Shown: one piece after another, positions 52,801 through 64,000 of the stretch
Layout of the letters: each line of letters opens with the position of its first letter
Numbering within the stretch: position 1 is the stretch's first letter
From: Negaprion brevirostris
Lineage: Eukaryota
Reading direction: 5' to 3'
Length of the DNA stretch: 64,000 nt
Assembly (NCBI GenBank): GCA_030324005.1
Contig: JARDVH010000150.1
Coordinates: forward strand, 11,709,919 to 11,773,918
Notes under the pieces: model-generated
Told to the model about the DNA's origin: nothing
Database searches by the model: none
What the model saw: only the letters and a program-made list of their open reading frames with translations
Made by a program: the position numbers and the translations under genes

Positions 52801-53769
52801 NNNNNNNNNNNNNNNNNNNNNNNNNNNNNNNNNNNNNNNNNNNNNNNNNNNNNGGCTGAAGAAATTCCTCCTCATCTCTGTTTTAAAGGATCATCCCTCT
52901 AGCCTGAGGTTGTGCCCTCTGGTTCTAATTTATTCTACTAGTGGAAACCTTTTAAACCTCTCAACTGCACTTCCCACTTTGAGACAATTCTTAAAACCTA
53001 TCTCTTTCACCCAAACTTTAGGTCATTTTGAACCCGAATGTTTCCTTATTTGACTTGGAGTTAACGTTTTAAAATAACATTCCTGTGCTGCACTTTGGGA
53101 CAATTTATTGCATTACAAGTGCCAGATGGCACGGTGGTACAGTGGTTTGTACTGCTACCTCTCAGCACCAGGCACCTGGGTTCAATCTCAGCCTCAAGTC
53201 ACTATCTGTGTGGAGTTTGCGCATTCTCCCTGAGTCTGCATGGGTTTCCTTTGGTTACTCTGGTTTTTTCCCACAGTTCAAAGATGTGAGAGTTAGGTGG
53301 ATTGGCCATGCTAAATTGCCCCTCTGTCAGGGGGATTAGCAGGCTTAAAAAAAAGTGGGGTTACAGGAATAGGGCCTGGGTGGGATTGTGGTCAGTGCAG
53401 ACGCAACAAGCCAAATGGCCTCCTTCTGCACTGTAGGGATTCGGGGAAAAATGCAATTGTTTGTTGTTAAAAAAATTCCAACCTATTTTTCTTTCCTATA
53501 TTTGTTCTGTCATGAATTATAACTTCGACCCAATTCCCTTTTCTGTCCAGAAGTTGGCCCACCCGTTTCATTGCTTCCCTCCCTGACACCCGGAAGGAAA
53601 CTCACCTACCAGGTTGTCTAATCACCTGGATGATGGTACCCACACTAATATCTGCCTTCATGTACGCACATAGACTGACTCTTAGTCTTGGCTCTAGTTG
53701 TATTTCCCCAGTTATATAACTTGACCACCTTCTGGAGTTGCTTATTACCACAATATAGTTTCACAAGAC

Positions 53770-54170
53770 ACTTCACAGGAGTGATTATTGAATCAAATTT
53801 GACCCTTGGGCCACATAGGGTTATTAGGGCAGATAACCAAAAACCTAGACAGTGAAGTTGGATTTAAGTAGTGTCTTAAGGGAGAAGAGAGATGAAGTGG
53901 CAGAGAGATTCAGGGAGATAATTCCAAACTTTCAGATCATGGCAAATGGTGGAGAAATGGAAATCCTGGTGCCCAAAAGGCCGGAATTGGAGGAGCACAG
54001 CTACCTCACGCAGGGACTTACAAAGATGAAACCATGTGAAAAGTTTAAACATGAGATGGTGCTCAACTGGAGCCAATGTAGATCAGAGAGAACAGGACTT
54101 ACCTAGAGTTAGGATGTGGGCAGCAGAGTTTTGAATGAGCTTCAGTTTACATAGGATGGAAGATGGGAGT
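53770..54170 (-). mobile_element. L2-like LINE 3' fragment (also ~26345-26570, 51225-51440)
   Basis: Recurrent aagtagtgtcttaagggag / ttttaaggagcatcttcaagggg segments. Confidence 0.55.
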
Positions 54171-54741
54171 CTTGCAAGATGTGCAGGTTAGGTGGATTGG
54201 CCATGCTAAATTGCCCCTTAATGTCCAAAGATGTGTAGGCTAGATGGATTAGCCACGGTAAATGTATGGATTACAGGGACAGAGTGAGATAGAGGGCCTG
54301 GGTCAGATGCTCTGTCAGAGAGTTGATGCAGACTCAGTGGGCTGAATGGTCTCTCCTGCACTGTGGGTTTTTTCTGATTCTATGAATAGAGTACAGGAAC
54401 CAGGAAATTAAGAGGCAACATGGAGGAGAATCTTTGGCAGCAGACGGTAAGAGTGGAGTTGGACAATGTCTGGAAACAATTCTTTACATAAAGGGGAATG
54501 AAAATCTGGAATTCTCTATCCCAAAGTCTGTTGGGGCTGGGAATTAATTGAATGGTAAAAATTGAGATTGGCAGACCATTGTTAGGCAGGGATATTAAAG
54601 GTTACTGAATCGAGTTGAATAAATGGAATTAAGATACAAATCAGCTGTGGGCTAATTGAATGATGGAATAGGTTCAAGGAAATGAATGGACCCCTCCTGT
54701 GTTCCTAATGATCATTTCTAGAAACAATTGATTTGTTCCCT

Positions 54742-54846
54742 GGGAAATTTCATTTCAAATTGTGGTTTCTACAGCTAAAACAGCTGAAATGTGCAATGAG
54801 AGAAGTGACCCTTGGGAAATCCCTCTGAGGGGCCAGGATATAAAAG
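54742..54846 (+). promoter_or_regulatory. Candidate NF-kB-responsive TATA promoter
   Basis: GGGAAATCCC (fits GGGRNNYYCC) at 54814-54823, TATAAAAG at 54839-54846, weaker GGGAAATTTC at 54742-54751. Confidence 0.45.
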
Positions 54847-57800
54847 GCAAGACAAGATCCATCCCTTTTCCTTACAGGAAGAGAGAGAGCCCTTCATTAG
54901 AAGTCCAGGACTCACTGAAGTCCACAGCGTCTGGAGAATCGTCTACTGGGAGAACAAAATCTGCTGTGTAATGAACTCCCAACTTCTGGAGAAGCCTCAC
55001 AGAGTTGTGAGCTTGGAGATAACCCGGGCATCAATATTATAGCGTGAATTTAATTTAAATAGTTTACCCCAGGACTATTTATTTAAAAATAGCTGACATT
55101 CCAAAAGGGACAAGATGAGAAAAATCTCTTCCCCAATTTTTACTTTATTTGTACTCATCCAGATTCTAGGTGGGTATTATTTACTTTACAATTTGAAATC
55201 TCAACCTAAATATTTGTGGACAAAACCTGTACTTATAAACTTAAAGGTAACTTGGTGATTTAATTGTGAGGAACTTGAGAAAAATATGTTTGAATTGTAG
55301 TTTTTTTACTGAGAGATGTTGCGATGCATTGATTTGAAATATGTATCATAATTCAATAAAACATTGATCACAGCTTTGGTATCTGTGCATGTTTTGAGTA
55401 CAGTGTAAATTCACAGGGGTGCTATCAGGAATGGAGGAATTGAGCATTGAGGAGACTGGAGATAGAGGGGCTATTTCCACACGAGCACTTTTGAGTTGGA
55501 AGGAAATCTTCTAATACAGGTTTTTAAAAAATATATATATCAAGAGTTTTGAGGAAGAATGGGTNNNNNNNNNNNNNNNNNNNNNNNNNNNNNNNNNNNN
55601 NNNNNNNNNNNNNNNNNNNNNNNNNNNNNNNNNNNNNNNNNNNNNNNNNNNNNNNNNNNNNNNNNNNNNNNNNNNNNNNNNNNNNNNNNNNNNNNNNNNN
55701 NNNNNNNNNNNNNNNNNNNNNNNNNNNNNNNNNNNNNNNNNNNNNNNNNNNNNNNNNNNNNNNNNNNNNNNNNNNNNNNNNNNNNNNNNNNNNNNNNNNN
55801 NNNNNNNNNNNNNNNNNNNNNNNNNNNNNNNNNNNNNNNNNNNNNNNNNNNNNNNNNNNNNNNNNNNNNNNNNNNNNNNNNNNNNNNNNNNNNNNNNNNN
55901 NNNNNNNNNNNNNNNNNNNNNNNNNNNNNNNNNNNNNNNNNNNNNNNNNNNNNNNNNNNNNNNNNNNNNNNNNNNNNNNNNNNNNNNNNNNNNNNNNNNN
56001 NNNNNNNNNNNNNNNNNNNNNNNNNNNNNNNNNNNNNNNNNNNNNNNNNNNNNNNNNNNNNNNNNNNNNNNNNNNNNNNNNNNNNNNNNNNNNNNNNNNN
56101 NNNNNNNNNNNNNNNNNNNNNNNNNNNNNNNNNNNNNNNNNNNNNNNNNNNNNNNNNNNNNNNNNNNNNNNNNNNNNNNNNNNNNNNNNNNNNNNNNNNN
56201 NNNNNNNNNNNNNNNNNNNNNNNNNNNNNNNNNNNNNNNNNNNNNNAAAGTATTTCAACTATATCGATTATAAAGTGAAAAGTTGTGGTCCCAACACTGA
56301 CCCCTGTGGAACTCCACTAATCATCACTGGATCACATCTAACTATAGACATTATGTTCAGAGTTTTGCCAGCATGGACTGTTTGAGTACAGTCAGTATTC
56401 TGCTGAGATTATAGTGGAAAGCTGAAGGCACGTGCTGTTTGATACAATTCATGTTACTCTTTGCAATGTACAGCCTACATCTCTGGCATCACACCAGCAC
56501 TGACATTTGTGCACCACATTGCTCATTTGAGTGGCAAGCAGAGGTCTTTCTGGCTTGATGGCAGCATTCTGTTCATGGAGAATACTGCCCGTGTTGTCCC
56601 TGCTTTATAGCAGCATATAAAGCTTGGCTGCACCTTAAATCTTTGGGATATCTTATCCTTCCAGGGTAACTGGAAGTAAACTCCTCTCAAGCAGGAAGGC
56701 CTTTGATTGACCCCTCCAGTTTCAAGAACCCCCCCCTCCTTCCCACGCCATATGCCCATTATCCCTTTATTGGATAGAAACCTATCTCCATGCCCCGTGT
56801 TATTATATTAGAGTGATTATGATAGTGCACTCCAGTATTGGGTACATTACGGTACACTCCATACTTCCGGCCTCGGGTTACTGTCTATGTGGAGTTGCAC
56901 ATTCTTCCCATGTCTGCGTGGGTTTCCTCCAGGTGCTCTGATTTCCTCGCACATTCCAAAGATGTGTTAGGTTGATTGGCTGTGCTAAATTGACCCTAAT
57001 GTCGAGGGGATTAGCAGGGTAAATATGTGGGGTTAGTGGTATTGCACCTGGATGTGGTTTGAGGTCGGTACAGACTCGATGGGCCAAATGGCTTTCTTCT
57101 GTACTGTAGGGATTCTATCTTCTATGAATCTTTCTCTTTTACCTCCTATCCTCACTCTTCACAAATTAGGCTTGGGCTTAAAACTGGACTTGAAGCGCAG
57201 CAGAGAAAGGAGGAAAGTTGAGAGCTGATGTGCTTTGCTGTTTCAAGTTACCCTCAAAGACAAGATAGAAACAGAAAAATTGTTTCCACTGTCAGGTGAA
57301 ACTAGAACTAGGGGGCATGGTCTCAAAAGAAGGGGGAGCAGATTTAGGACTGAGTTGAGAAGGAACTTCTTCACCCAAAGGGTTGTGAATCTGTGGAATT
57401 CTCTGCCCAGTGAAGCAGTTGAGGCTACTTCATTAAATGCTTTTAAGGCAAGGATAGATAAATTTTTGAACAGTAAAGAAATTAATCATAGAATCTCTAT
57501 AGTGCAGATGCAGGCCATTCTGTTCACCGAGTCAGCACTGACCCTCTGACAAAGCATCCCAACCAGGCCCTATTCCTCTTACCCCAGACATTTTGTATGG
57601 CTATTCCCCCTAACCTCCACATCTTGGGACATGAAGAGGCAATTTAGTACGGCTGATCCACCTAACCTGCACATCTTTGGAGTGTGGGAGGAAACCCAGA
57701 CAGACACGGGGAGAACGTACAAACTCCACACAGACAGTGACCCAAGCTGGGAATCGGACCCGGGTCCCTGGTGCTGTGAAGCAATGGTGCTGACCACCGT

Positions 57801-60333
57801 GCCACTGGATGGGGAAGCCCAGGAATTGGAATCGAGTTGACTCTCCTGCCACAAGATGGCGGAGCTGAGCTGCTGCTGGGCCGAATGGCAGACTCCAGTT
57901 GATGCTTTCCTGTCAGATTTCTGGAACAAGAGGTTTTCTTTGCAGCCGATGCCACTGAGCACCAAGGGTTGTGGTTACTAAATTCTCTGCAGTACTTGCT
58001 GAGCCTCGGCAATCCTGCTGGAATGCTTTCCTGGAGGATTCATCCTCAGATTTCCCATCTTTAATAAATTATTCGAAGGCAGTTACTGACAGTATTTCAG
58101 AATTTAAACTTTAAATCCTGGAGACTACAGGACAAACCTGGAGGGTTGGGGACCCTTGGGGGTTAAAAATTGACTTTTTTTAACAGGCCCTTGATAGAAT
58201 TTAAAAGGGAAACAGAGTTAGGGGGCAGTGGGTGCTGGGCACGTGGGAAATGCTGTGACTTTTTTATATTAATTCATGGGACATGGGCATCGCTGGCTGG
58301 TCAGCATTTACTGCTCATCCCTAGGCACCTGAAGGCAGTTGAGAGTCAACCACATTGCTGTGGCTCTGGAGTCACATGTAGGCCAGACCAGGTAAGGACA
58401 GCAGATTTCCTTCCCTAAAGGACATTAGTGAACCAGATGGGTTTTCCTGACAATTGACAATGATTATATGGTCATCAGTAGATTCTTAATTCCAGATATT
58501 TCTCACTGAATTCAAATTCCATCAGCTGCCGTGGTGGGATGCGAACCTGGGTCCCCGGAACATTAGTTGAGTTTCTGGATTAACAGTCGAGCGATAATAC
58601 CACAAGGCTGTCGCCACCCCCATTAATAAAGAGCCAGAAGCAAAAGGGAAATTATTTTTCATCCGGTGCATTGTTTCATTTTAGAATATGCTGGGGAAAG
58701 GGCTATGGAAACAGATTCACAAATAGGTTTAAAAAGGATTTGGATAAATACTCTAAAAAGATACAAGTTACAGGGTGAGAAACTGTCGTGGAGTACGACT
58801 AATTGGATGGCTCTTTCAATGAGTTATGACTGTGTTGCAGGTATTTAGATCATAATTCTCATAATCTATAGTACAGAAGGAGGCCATTTAGCCCATCAAG
58901 CTGTCACCGACAACAGTCCCACCCAGGTACTGTGCTATCCCTGTAACCCCATTTTAGAATATCACTTTTAGCTTTGTCATTTAATGTTTTAACGATAGAT
59001 AAATGGGAAATCTTATTGGAAATCTGATAAACAACCTGAAAGTAAATGCAATTCATACAAACTTGGAGTCAATGGCATTAAAAAGCTAACATAAAGTCAG
59101 AGTTGATTTTGAAATTAAAAACTTAAATGATGTTATTTGATTTGACTTATTTGAGTTGATTTATTATTGTCACATGTACTGGGATACAGTGAAAAGTATT
59201 GTTTCTTGNNNNNNNNNNNNNNNNNNNNNNNNNNNNNNNNNNNNNNNNNNNNNNNNNNNNNNNNNNNNNNNNNNNNNNNNNNNNNNNNNNNNNNNNNNNN
59301 NNNNNNNNTGCTATCCCTTGGAAAGAGCCATCCAATTAGACCCACTTCCTCTGCCTTTCCTCAAAGCCATACAAATATTTATCCAGTGTCCTTTTTAACA
59401 TTCCAATGACTGGATAATCCATTTTACTTACAGAGCCCTCCCAGTGAGGAATGAAGGGAATCCTCAATCCTCCAGGATGGGATGATGCATTGCAGTTGTA
59501 GCATCAATGTCTTTAAACAGGAAACTGGATTTTTCTTGGAGACAATATGTGGCTTTGCCCCAGGAACTAGAATTGAACAGACATATCGGTTACCAAACGA
59601 CACAGCTTGATTACTGAGGCAAAGGCCAACTCCTTTTTATGTTCCCTTGGAGGATTTCCAGAATAACAGGTCCGTTTTGCAGCCAACATAACAGAATAGA
59701 ATCAATCACTTGGGGGTTTATTTTACTGAATTCTCCCTAACGTTTACCTGGAGTTGCTAACATTACATGGATGTCTCCCTGGGGCAGTGGTTCCCAAAAC
59801 GTTTTCCAACATGACCCTGTTTTAACATTTGAAAATGTACGTGACCCGTGACCAATAAAAAAAATCACCAACCACGCAGCACAGTAACCTTGCGGGGGAC
59901 ACGGTGGCACAATGGTTAGCACCACTGTCTCACAGCAACAGAGTCCTGGGTTTGATTCCCAGCTTGGGTCACTGTCTGTGTGAAGTCTGCACGTTCTCCC
60001 CATGTCTGCGTGGGTTTCTTCCAGGTACTTCGGTTTCCCCCCATGATCTGAAAGACATGCCGGTTAGGTGCATTGACCGGAACAGGCGCCAGAGTGTGGC
60101 AACTAGGAGATGTAAACCTTAATAAAACTTTAAACTTCACATTGTAATTAGTATGATTGCTAAAATTCAGATATTATAGATCATCGTATTGTATACAATA
60201 TAACTAACAAATTCTGTGTTTTGAAGTACCAAGTAAAGGTGTTCTTATTTTATGTATTAATTAGATTTCTGTCTCATTAGGGACAGGAGACTTTGTGAAT
60301 CCCCTCTCCTGCTTCCTGACCCATGTCCTTTTG

Positions 60334-60950
60334 ACGACAGGAATAGCCCTGGTGAAGGTATTGATGGCTGACAGGTTTGGACTAGGCTTAAACTGATGCT
60401 CCCAAATTTGGGCAGAGAAGTTTGGTTGAAAGGAGAAGCCCAGAAAAGGGGGCTACGATGCTCAGAGACCGGTTACAGTCTTCGGGCCGGGAGTTACGGT
60501 CCACATGAGGAATTTTGGTGATGGCTCTATGTGAATTACAGAATGATTCTTGAAAAGAACTAGAGCGAAGTCATATAGGGTGCAAAGTAGAGAGAAGACC
60601 TTGCAAAAAGCACATCGATCATCTCACAGGGAACCCTCCGCAGAGGCAGTGGGTTCTACCATTACATCGGCATCCCTTATTCTGGCCTGCGGTCAGGACA
60701 TTCCACTCACAATAACACCAAGAGACAGCTTCAGGATGCTGATGATTCTGGTTCCAATATGACAGAGGAGGCAGAAACCCAGTCCGAGTCGCCACTAAGG
60801 AAAGCACCTCACAGTGGGTCTTCAGTGCTCTGCACGGAAACAGTTTCCCAAGCTGTTACAATCCCCACCCCCCCACCTCGATCAGATCCTCCCAGCAATG
60901 GAAAGGAGGCCAAAGGAGAAGGGACAGAGAAGTCCCCATCGGTGTGAGAA
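60334..60950 (+). mobile_element. Gypsy LTR-retrotransposon integrase C-terminal relic
   Basis: Across frameshifts: TTGIA..VLM, TRLKLMLPNL, AQK..YD, FGPGVTVHMRNFGDG, KSYRVQ, KHIDHL. Confidence 0.75.
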
Positions 60951-61741
60951 TGAGGCGAGATCCTCACGCTCAGTGGTGGGGGCGGTGTTAGCAGTTTGAT
61001 AACCGCCACAATGTCCATGGGGGATCACTGATTGATCTCCCTCTGGGGCTCGTTGCGTATGAGTTCCCCTGATAACAGGCGGTGACCTGGGGCAGCACAG
61101 TGGGTTAGCATTGCTGCCATGGATTTGGGTTTGATTCCTGGCTTGGGTCACTCTCTGTGTGAAGTCTGCATGTTCTCCCTGTGTCTGCGTGGGTTTCCTC
61201 CCACAGCTGATTAGGGTGCATTGGCTGTGCTCAATTACCCCTCAGTGTACCCGAACAGGCGCCGGAATGTGGCGACTAGGGGGTTTTCACAGTAACTTCA
61301 TTGCAGTGTTAATGCAAACCTAACTTGTGAATAATGAATACACTTTAAAAGAAACTCATTACCTGGGCCTTCTATAAGGCAGGCCTGCGACTGGGCCTGC
61401 TGAACTGTAGTCCCAAATAGGGACAACTGTGTGTGTACACTGTGGATGTGGCTATACTTTCCATTCTATCATTAAATGATGTTCCTATCTAGTCGGGTTT
61501 CCTGTGTTATTACACTTTCTAACAAGCTCCAATTACGTCTTCCTTTATTTCCCGTCCCACATTATGGTTACGGTTAAGGAGCTTTTATCATTTCTCATAT
61601 CTTTTGTTCCATGTGGGTCAGGTTAACGAACAAGCTACAGAACCTTCTTTTTTAAATGCCCCTACTCTGATTCCCTGTTCTCCAGGTAGTCAATACAGCA
61701 GGATTTTACAATGAGCTAAGGTTTGTTTCCTGATTTTCCAG

Positions 61742-62013
61742 ATGGTCCCCAGAACATTTTCATTGACGGTGGGGGCAGTGCCAGAGAGAGCGAGACGCTG
61801 GCATTAACCTGCCAAGGAGACGCCAGTCCTGAACCAAACATCACCTGGGGTAGGACAGACCCCAGCAAACAGCGGAGGTGGAACATTTCCAAATCATGAA
61901 GGGAGTTGGAGCTGAGGATCGATTCTCTGGCACCTGATGACCAGGGACTGTACGAGTGTGTGGTGGAGAATGAACTGGGTGAAGTGAGGCTGAGAGCTCA
62001 GGTAGCTGTGGAT
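61742..62013 (+). pseudogene. Ig (I-set/C2-type) domain exon with in-frame TGA; adhesion molecule of VCAM/ICAM/Siglec type
   Basis: ttttccag acceptor, gtgagt donor; GPQNIFIDGGGSARESETLALTCQGDASPEPNITW...KS*RELELRIDSLAPDDQGLYECVVENELG with B-strand Cys, C-strand Trp and DxGxYxC. Confidence 0.85.
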
Positions 62014-64000
62014 GTGAGTATCTCTGTAATATACACTACGAGATTATAAAGTGGTTCATTAAGTTAAGAGAATGTGTTTTACACGCAGGTAGGGGTTCAC
62101 ACCGTTCCGATAAAGAGTCTTTTGATTTTGATTGATTTATTATTGTCGTACGTATTAACACACAGTGAAAAGTATGTTTTTTGCATACTATACAGACAAA
62201 GCATACTATTCATAGAGAAGGAAACGAGAGATTGCAGAATGNNNNNNNNNNNNNNNNNNNNNNNNNNNNNNNNNNNNNNNNNNNNNNNNNNNNNNNNNNN
62301 NNNNNNNNNNNNNNNNNNNNNNNNNNNNNNNNNNNNNNNNNCTGGTAGTGTGGTGGCCAGAACTGCATGCAATACGCCAAATGCAGCCTAACCAAGGTTT
62401 TATAAAGCTGCAACATGATTTCCCAACTTTTATACTCTGCCCCGGCCAGTGAAGGCAAACTTGCCTTCTAGACTATCTTAACCACCTCTGTTGCCACTTC
62501 CAGGATATCGAGGATCTGTAAATTTTGAAGTTCATTCATTAGAGTCACAAGTAGGCTTACATTAACACTGCAATGAAGTTACTGTGAAAATTCCTTAGTC
62601 GCCACATTTCGGTGCTTGTTCAGGTACACCGAACGAGAATTTAGCATGGCCAATTCATCTAACCAGCATGTCTTTTGGACTGTGGGAGGAAACCGGAGCA
62701 CCCGGAGGAAACCCACGCAGGGAGAAAGTGCAGACGCCGCACTGACGGTGACTCAAGCTGGGAATCGAACCCAGGCCCCTGGCGGTGTGAGGCATGGCAC
62801 CCTATGTACAGATCCCTGCTGGGGTTCTATACGCCCAGATCCCTCTGTATCTTAATGTTCCTAAGGATTCTGCCATTTACAGTATAATTCACATCTGAAT
62901 TTGGTCTTCCAAATTCCTCACCTCACATTTGTCTGGATTAAACTCCATCTGCCATTTCTCTGCCCAAGTCTCAAACCTATCTATAGCTTGCCAAATCCTC
63001 TAACAATCCCTATCCATTTTAACCCGGTTAGTTGGTCGGTTTTGTGCGTTTGAATACATCAATAACTGGTCCCTTTAAACATTATACCTCAACGAGTGTC
63101 ACAAAATCATTTCAGGGCCAGATCCTCAATGACAAATCATCTTGGTGAATGTTTGAATGTTCAAAGCCTTCATTCTGCTCTATTGATGGGGTTCACAGTC
63201 TGTTACAAACTTTAGGAATTTTATTCTCTGGAGGCAGAACATTTCCTAAGTATCCTGGGTTTGGGATGTTTCTGGCTGGAAACACATCCACCTATAACAA
63301 ATCCATGACTGAGGCCTTGCCAATGCTTCTTGCTGTTTTTCTAAATCACTGCTGGTAAAGTGTCCTTTCTAAACTGGAGGAAAGCCCAGGACAGTTAAAT
63401 TGTGAATTTTTATCTCTTTCTGTGCCTTTTGAAAGAGCTGTCTAGTTAGAACGAAGAACAGTACAGCACAGGAACAGGCCCTTTGGCCCACCAAGTCTAT
63501 GCTGACACATAGATTATAGAATCCCTACAGTGCAGAAGGAGGCCATTTGACCACAATCCCACCCAGGCTTTATCCCCATAACCCCAGCAAGTCCCCCTGA
63601 CACTAAGGGGCAATTTAGTATTGCCAATCCACCTAATCCATACATCTTTAGAAGGTTTTGGAAGGCACATGACACCTTTCTAAATTAAAGACTAGTAAAA
63701 CCTATGTAAAGTTAGTAAGGGGCGGCACAGTAGCACAGTGGTTAGCACTGCTGCCTCACAGCACCAGGGATCTGGGTTTGATTCCTGGCTTGGATCTGTG
63801 TGGAGTCTGCACATTCTCCCCGTGTCTGAGTGGGTTTCCTCCGGGTGCTCCAGTGTCCTCCCACAGTCTGAAAGTCCTGCTGGTTAGGGTGCATTGACCT
63901 GAACAGGCACCGGAGTGTGGTGACTAGGGGAATTTCATAGTAACTTCATTGCAGTGTTAACGTAAGCCTTACTTGTGACACTAATAAATAAACTTTAACT

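Noticed and set aside
61897-61899. Selenocysteine readthrough of the Ig-exon TGA
   Set aside because: Not a Cys-equivalent position, both Ig cysteines are normal, and no SECIS is evident.
63718-63795. tRNA genes at SINE 5' ends
   Set aside because: A/B boxes run directly into SINE core and tail; no complete cloverleaf.

Overview
Vertebrate genomic DNA, most likely a draft shark/elasmobranch assembly (judged from HE1-like V-SINEs, Deu-SINE, CR1 LINE and Penelope relics; many N gaps). (1) The + strand carries 11 coding exons (3616-27182, 465 aa, exon 1 upstream of the window) of an intact MFSD14A/HIAT1-family MFS transporter with a probable ~3.6 kb 3' UTR. (2) Not evident from the ORF track, a chain of phase-compatible minus-strand exons (~39.7-50.7 kb, possibly 31.3-53.7 kb) with nonsense codons and a transposon-split exon looks like an unprocessed pseudogene of a protein I cannot identify. 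(3) A kB-site plus TATA promoter candidate (~54.8 kb) lies upstream of a single Ig-domain exon with a premature stop (61742-62013). (4) The rest is nested transposon debris, including a two-gene Harbinger relic, a Gypsy integrase relic, a Penelope palindrome with a hammerhead-like core and two locally templated insertions. Family names are from recalled motifs, not database searches; transposon boundaries are approximate.
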